A stretch of 64,000 nt of DNA, taken from NCBI GenBank assembly GCA_036785375.1, contig JAWMAR010000359.1, forward strand, positions 1,240,001-1,304,000, given 5' to 3'. The position numbers were made by a program, and so were the translations under genes. Below the pieces are notes generated by a model. It searched no databases. It was not told the DNA's origin and saw only the letters and a list, made by a program, of their open reading frames with translations. Positions 59,591-64,000 of the stretch are shown here, piece by piece; within the stretch, counting starts at the first letter, position 1, and every line of letters begins with the position of its first letter. The stretch is from Leucoraja ocellata. Lineage: Eukaryota.

Positions 59591-61019
59591 GCATAAACAT
59601 GTAAACAGTAAGATAGTCAAGAAGGAAAATCAGAACTCAGATCAGGCACCCGATTCCAAGTGATGCTCAAGAGTACTGTACAAGAGTTGGTGGAGGTAAA
59701 GACTCTTACAGGATTTCAGTATTATTTAATGGATAATTTAAGGCATAGATATGTTCTTGATTGGTACACGTGTCATGGGTTATGGGGAAAAGGCAGGAGA
59801 ATTGGGGTAAGAGGGAAAGATACATCAGCCATGATCAAATGGTGGAGTAGACTTGATGGGCCAAATGGCCTAATTCTGCACCTATCACTTATGAACTTAT
59901 GTACTTGAAAATTATCCAGACATGTTTGAATCACCAAGACTGAGAAGGTGACAGGTCAATGTTCAAAAGGCCCCATTCCATGCTGTATGATTCTTTGACT
60001 TGACCTTACTTGGTAATATAATAACGGGTTATCCCTGAAATGTGAACATTTTGCTCCCTTTGCAAATGCTGTCTGACCTGCTGAACACTTCAGCACTTGC
60101 TATTATATTTCTATAAACCATATCATATATCCTCCTTAGGGATAGGATAAAAGGAGGAAGTGTTGTTTTGGAGTCAACTAAATCCCTAAAGAGACAACAA
60201 TTGATGAGGTACTGGAACTGAGCCAAACTTTCTCAGACAACGCATTAATTTGGCCACGGAGCCGGGCAGATCCACAGTACTTCATTGCACTGATCACGAT
60301 TCATGTGACAGCCTTTCTCTTTGTTGAGAATTGGCACAGTAGACCAGTGCCTGCAGCTTATTTTCAGCTCAAAATAGACTGCTGAACATAGATGGAGTGG
60401 TGTCAATAGAAACATTTGGAAATGTACCAATGCCTCAGTGTATGCATCAGCTTGTATTCCCCAAGTCTTACAATATTATACAACAAGAAATTTGCTTCTA
60501 ACTCTGTTTCCCCCCCCCCCCACCTCTACAATTTGTCACTTTAGTGTTGCTGGCGATATTGGTATTCATTGTCCTTTCCTAACGAGGAGGCAGAGACAAC
60601 TGCATTGAGGGGTTTGGAGTCACACATCGGCAAGACAAGCTAAAGGTAGGTTCCATCCCTCAAGGGTATTATTGAACCAAATGTGTTTTTACAACAATCT
60701 GGAACATTTATGATGTTGATACCAGCTTTTGTAAGGGATTAATGAGCCATAATCAGAGGGCATATGGCTAATCAATGATCCACTGATTTAAGCAAGAAAC
60801 TGCCTTCAAATAAATGTCCATATACAAGGAGTAATACATTTTGCTGTGATATGGTACAGATGTATAAACAAGTTCAAACTCCAGTCATAGCAGGGAGCCA
60901 CTCATCAAAAAAATGGAAATTGACCAGGCAATGATCAATTCATATACAGCAATGCCATTGCCATTGTTCAATAATGGCAAAGCACATGTGACACAACAAC
61001 GAAGCACTTTAGTGTGGGT

Positions 61020-61200
61020 TGGCAAATGTACAAGTGGGTCAAACCCATCTACTATATCCGTTGTTCAAGATGTGGACCATCAGCGAGACCAAACGCAGAC
61101 TGGGCGATCGTTCCGCGGAACATCTTCGCTCAGCCCGCCTGAACCTACCTGATCTCACGATTGCTGGAGACTTTAATTCTCTTCCCATTCCTCCACAGAA

Positions 61201-61237
<37 letters not shown>

Positions 61238-61493
61238 ACACCAGCTTCTCATTTTCACCCTATAAACAGCTAACAACGGCCTGTTTCCTTTATCATCGTT
61301 TCTTTTTTGCATATCTTTCATTCATTGTTCTTTATCTCTCCACATCATTGTCTATATCTTTCATTTCCTTTATCCCTAACCAGTCTGAAGAAGGTTCTCG
61401 ACCGAAACGTCACCCATTCCTTCTCTCCAGAGATGCTGCCTGTCCCGATGAGTTATTTCTATTTAAACCAGCATCTGCAGTTCCTTCTTACAC
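61020..61493 (+). mobile_element. Penelope 3' fragment with a hammerhead core (61385-61411)
   Basis: ISETKRRLGDRSAEHLRS remnant. CUGAAGA-A-GGU(UCUCG)ACC-GAAAC-GUC. Confidence 0.8.
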
Positions 61494-62439
61494 ATTTAGC
61501 TGATGAGCCTGTTTCTGGGTTATATGGTTGTGCATGTGAAAATATGGGAACTCCACATTCATTATTAGAGTGAGGAAATAGTGGATAAGTTAATAGACCA
61601 ACATCAAGGGATCTGGACTGTTGACCTGGGGAGACAAATTTCAATCACTCTATATTCTACAGGGACTTCAAATTCAAACCAATAAAAATTTAGAATGGAG
61701 ACCACAAGTACCACAAAACCACCTATTTCCCCAAACACGCATTAAGTTCACGAATTTGCTACAGAGTAAAACATCTGCCATGAGAGGGGGAGAGAGAGGG
61801 GAGGGGGAGGGGGGGGGGGCAGAGGCAAGAAAGCAGCTATGACATATAATACACAGTAAACTATGTTATAAATACACAATAAACAAGTTACTCTTACATG
61901 GGTATGACCATACATTAACCCCCCCCCTTTCTTCCCAACCTCAGCCTTACGGACCTCAGTACCCCTAGTTCCTAAAACCCATTTCCATCACTGGCTGCCT
62001 CATCCGCTGAGTTTCTCCAGCATTTTTGTCACCTTCTATTTTCCAGCATCTGCAGCTCCCTCTTAAACAAAACCAAAGACGACAACTTTTGGCCCGAAAG
62101 CCTATTAATTTATGTTAGCATAATGCTGAAGTCTCTAATCAAGGAAGATTATAGCTAGTCACTTAGAGAAACTAAGGTAATCAAATTGATCCAATGGTGA
62201 TTTGGGGTAGTGATTGGGGATGACCAGCCATGATCACATTGAATAGCGGTGCTGGCTCGAAGGGCTGAATGGCCTACTCCGGCACCTATTCTCTATTGAT
62301 TATGAAATGCAAATTAAAAGCTTGTCGAATTTGCCAGAGTTCTTTTAAGATGACACAATGCATTCTTCAGTGGGAAATCTGTAGATATAGTGTAGATAGA
62401 TGTTCTGGAGGCATAAGACCAGTAGTCAAACAAGGCTGT

Positions 62440-62915
62440 TGCACAAGATAAAATGTCATGGTTTTAAACGAAATGCATTAGCATGGATTGGAGATTGATT
62501 ATCACATGGAAGATAGATTTGGAATATATGCCTTTTCCAGGATGGAAGAATGTAGCAAGTCGGGTGCCCCAGGGATCAGTTATTGGCCAATGTTGTACAA
62601 CCTGGACGAGGAGGAGACAAAGTGTAAAGTGCCCTTGCTTACCTTTGACACAGAAATGTCAGCGGACATGTTGCAAAGAGGATATTTGGACTTTAGAACG
62701 GTATACATACAGATTAAGCGAGTGGGTGAAAAATTAGCAATAGAATTTAATCTGGGCAAGTGAGAGAGCAGTCAGAGGAATTTAAAGGCAGCCTCATTAT
62801 CTCAGTGCAGGAAGATTACAGATGAACAAAGTACAGGGCAATCTATGTGTTCTTGTACCTAAATGGCAAAAACATTAGCAGGCAGCTGCAACAAGTGGTT
62901 ACAAGGCACATTAAA
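62440..62915 (+). mobile_element. Very old CR1 RT fragment
   Basis: FPGWKNVASRVPQGSVIG and RLSEWVKN remnants. Confidence 0.55.
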
Positions 62916-64000
62916 TAATAGAAACACAAAAAGGGAAAGGCTGGAAGTCAGCTAGTCAGGCTACAACTGTGGAAACATAAAGCATTACAGTTTCTGGTTT
63001 ACAAACCTTTGTAATAACATGTTGATAAAGGAATGCAAACCCAAACATTGACTGTCCCTTTTCCCACAGATGCTTCCTGACTTGCTGAGGTTTCACGGTA
63101 TTTCCCAAGTTTGTTTCAGATTTCCAGCATCTACTGATTTTTCAAATGACATGGCTCATGGCTGGAGGTACATGGATAGGATAGGTCTAGAGGGAGACAG
63201 ACGGGCCAAACACAGGCAGGTGGGACTAGTTTCAATGGGACATGTTGGTCGGTGTGGTCAAGTCCCACTTTTGCATCAACTCCTGACCAACTGAGAGGCC
63301 GATCAACCTGCTAACCCGCATGGCTTTGAGATGTGGGAGAGGAAACTGCCTTCAAATCAACTTCCATAAGTTGCAAGGAGTAATCAATTTTGCCGTGATA
63401 CGATACAGATGTATAAACAAACACAAACTCCACCTGGGAACCCATGTTCCTGGCACTATGAAACAAAGACACTACCAGCTCTGCCACTGCGCCATGAAGA
63501 GGGTTTTTTTTCTGCACAAGATCTCTCATGCTTTCTAAGCAGGGTTATGGATAGTTTAGTATATGAGTATATTCGAGGTCAAGACTTTTGGGCACCAAGT
63601 AGATAATGTCAGTGATGATCTTTTTGGATGGCAGATCAGATTTGTGTGGGTATTATCTCATCTTGGTTTACTTCTGCAAACCCCACCAACATTAAAAACG
63701 CATTGTTGGAATTCAATTCAAATAACATGTAGAGTTGAACTTCGGGTAAAGACTTTGGGTCGCAGCAACATTCCAGCTGCAGTGCTGAAGCCTGTAGCCC
63801 AGAACCAGCCAAGGATTCGGTTGACCTACAGTAAAATGGCTACATCTCTGGCAATGGTAGAATGGGAAAAAATCCATGTGTGTTCTGACTACAAAAAACA
63901 GGGCAACCCATTCTGGACACGTCATTTCTTAAGGCGTGGCTTGTGATGAAAGATCATTCACTTCCAACTCTGGTTTAATGGATTCTCAGATGGCTGATGT

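Noticed and set aside
63563-63946. 127-aa ORF at the right end
   Set aside because: No recognisable motif, opposite strand to the host gene, and no splice evidence.

Overview
Eukaryotic, repeat-dense intronic DNA from a cartilaginous fish, most likely a skate or ray. This is inferred from HE1/V-SINE and HER1-like CR1 repeats. The window lies inside a minus-strand NEDD4-family HECT E3 ligase gene, best matching NEDD4L. Two short C2-domain exons (46369-46407, 40611-40664) and a large alternative first coding exon (15571-14402, 390 codons) are visible. The alternative exon would replace most of the C2 domain with a low-complexity N-terminus carrying a PPxY motif and an RSxSxP motif. The rest is mostly transposable elements: many CR1 LINE fragments, including one 5'-intact copy with a UUUAAAC slippery heptamer exactly at the ORF1/ORF2 junction; two young Neptune-type Penelope elements with hammerhead-ribozyme cores, plus many short derivatives; Tc1, RTE, Rex1/Babar and L1-like pieces; Helitron-like elements; MITEs; and V-SINEs. 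There are four assembly gaps. All family assignments come from motif recognition by eye, not database searches. Repeat boundaries are approximate unless termini or target-site duplications (TSDs) are quoted.
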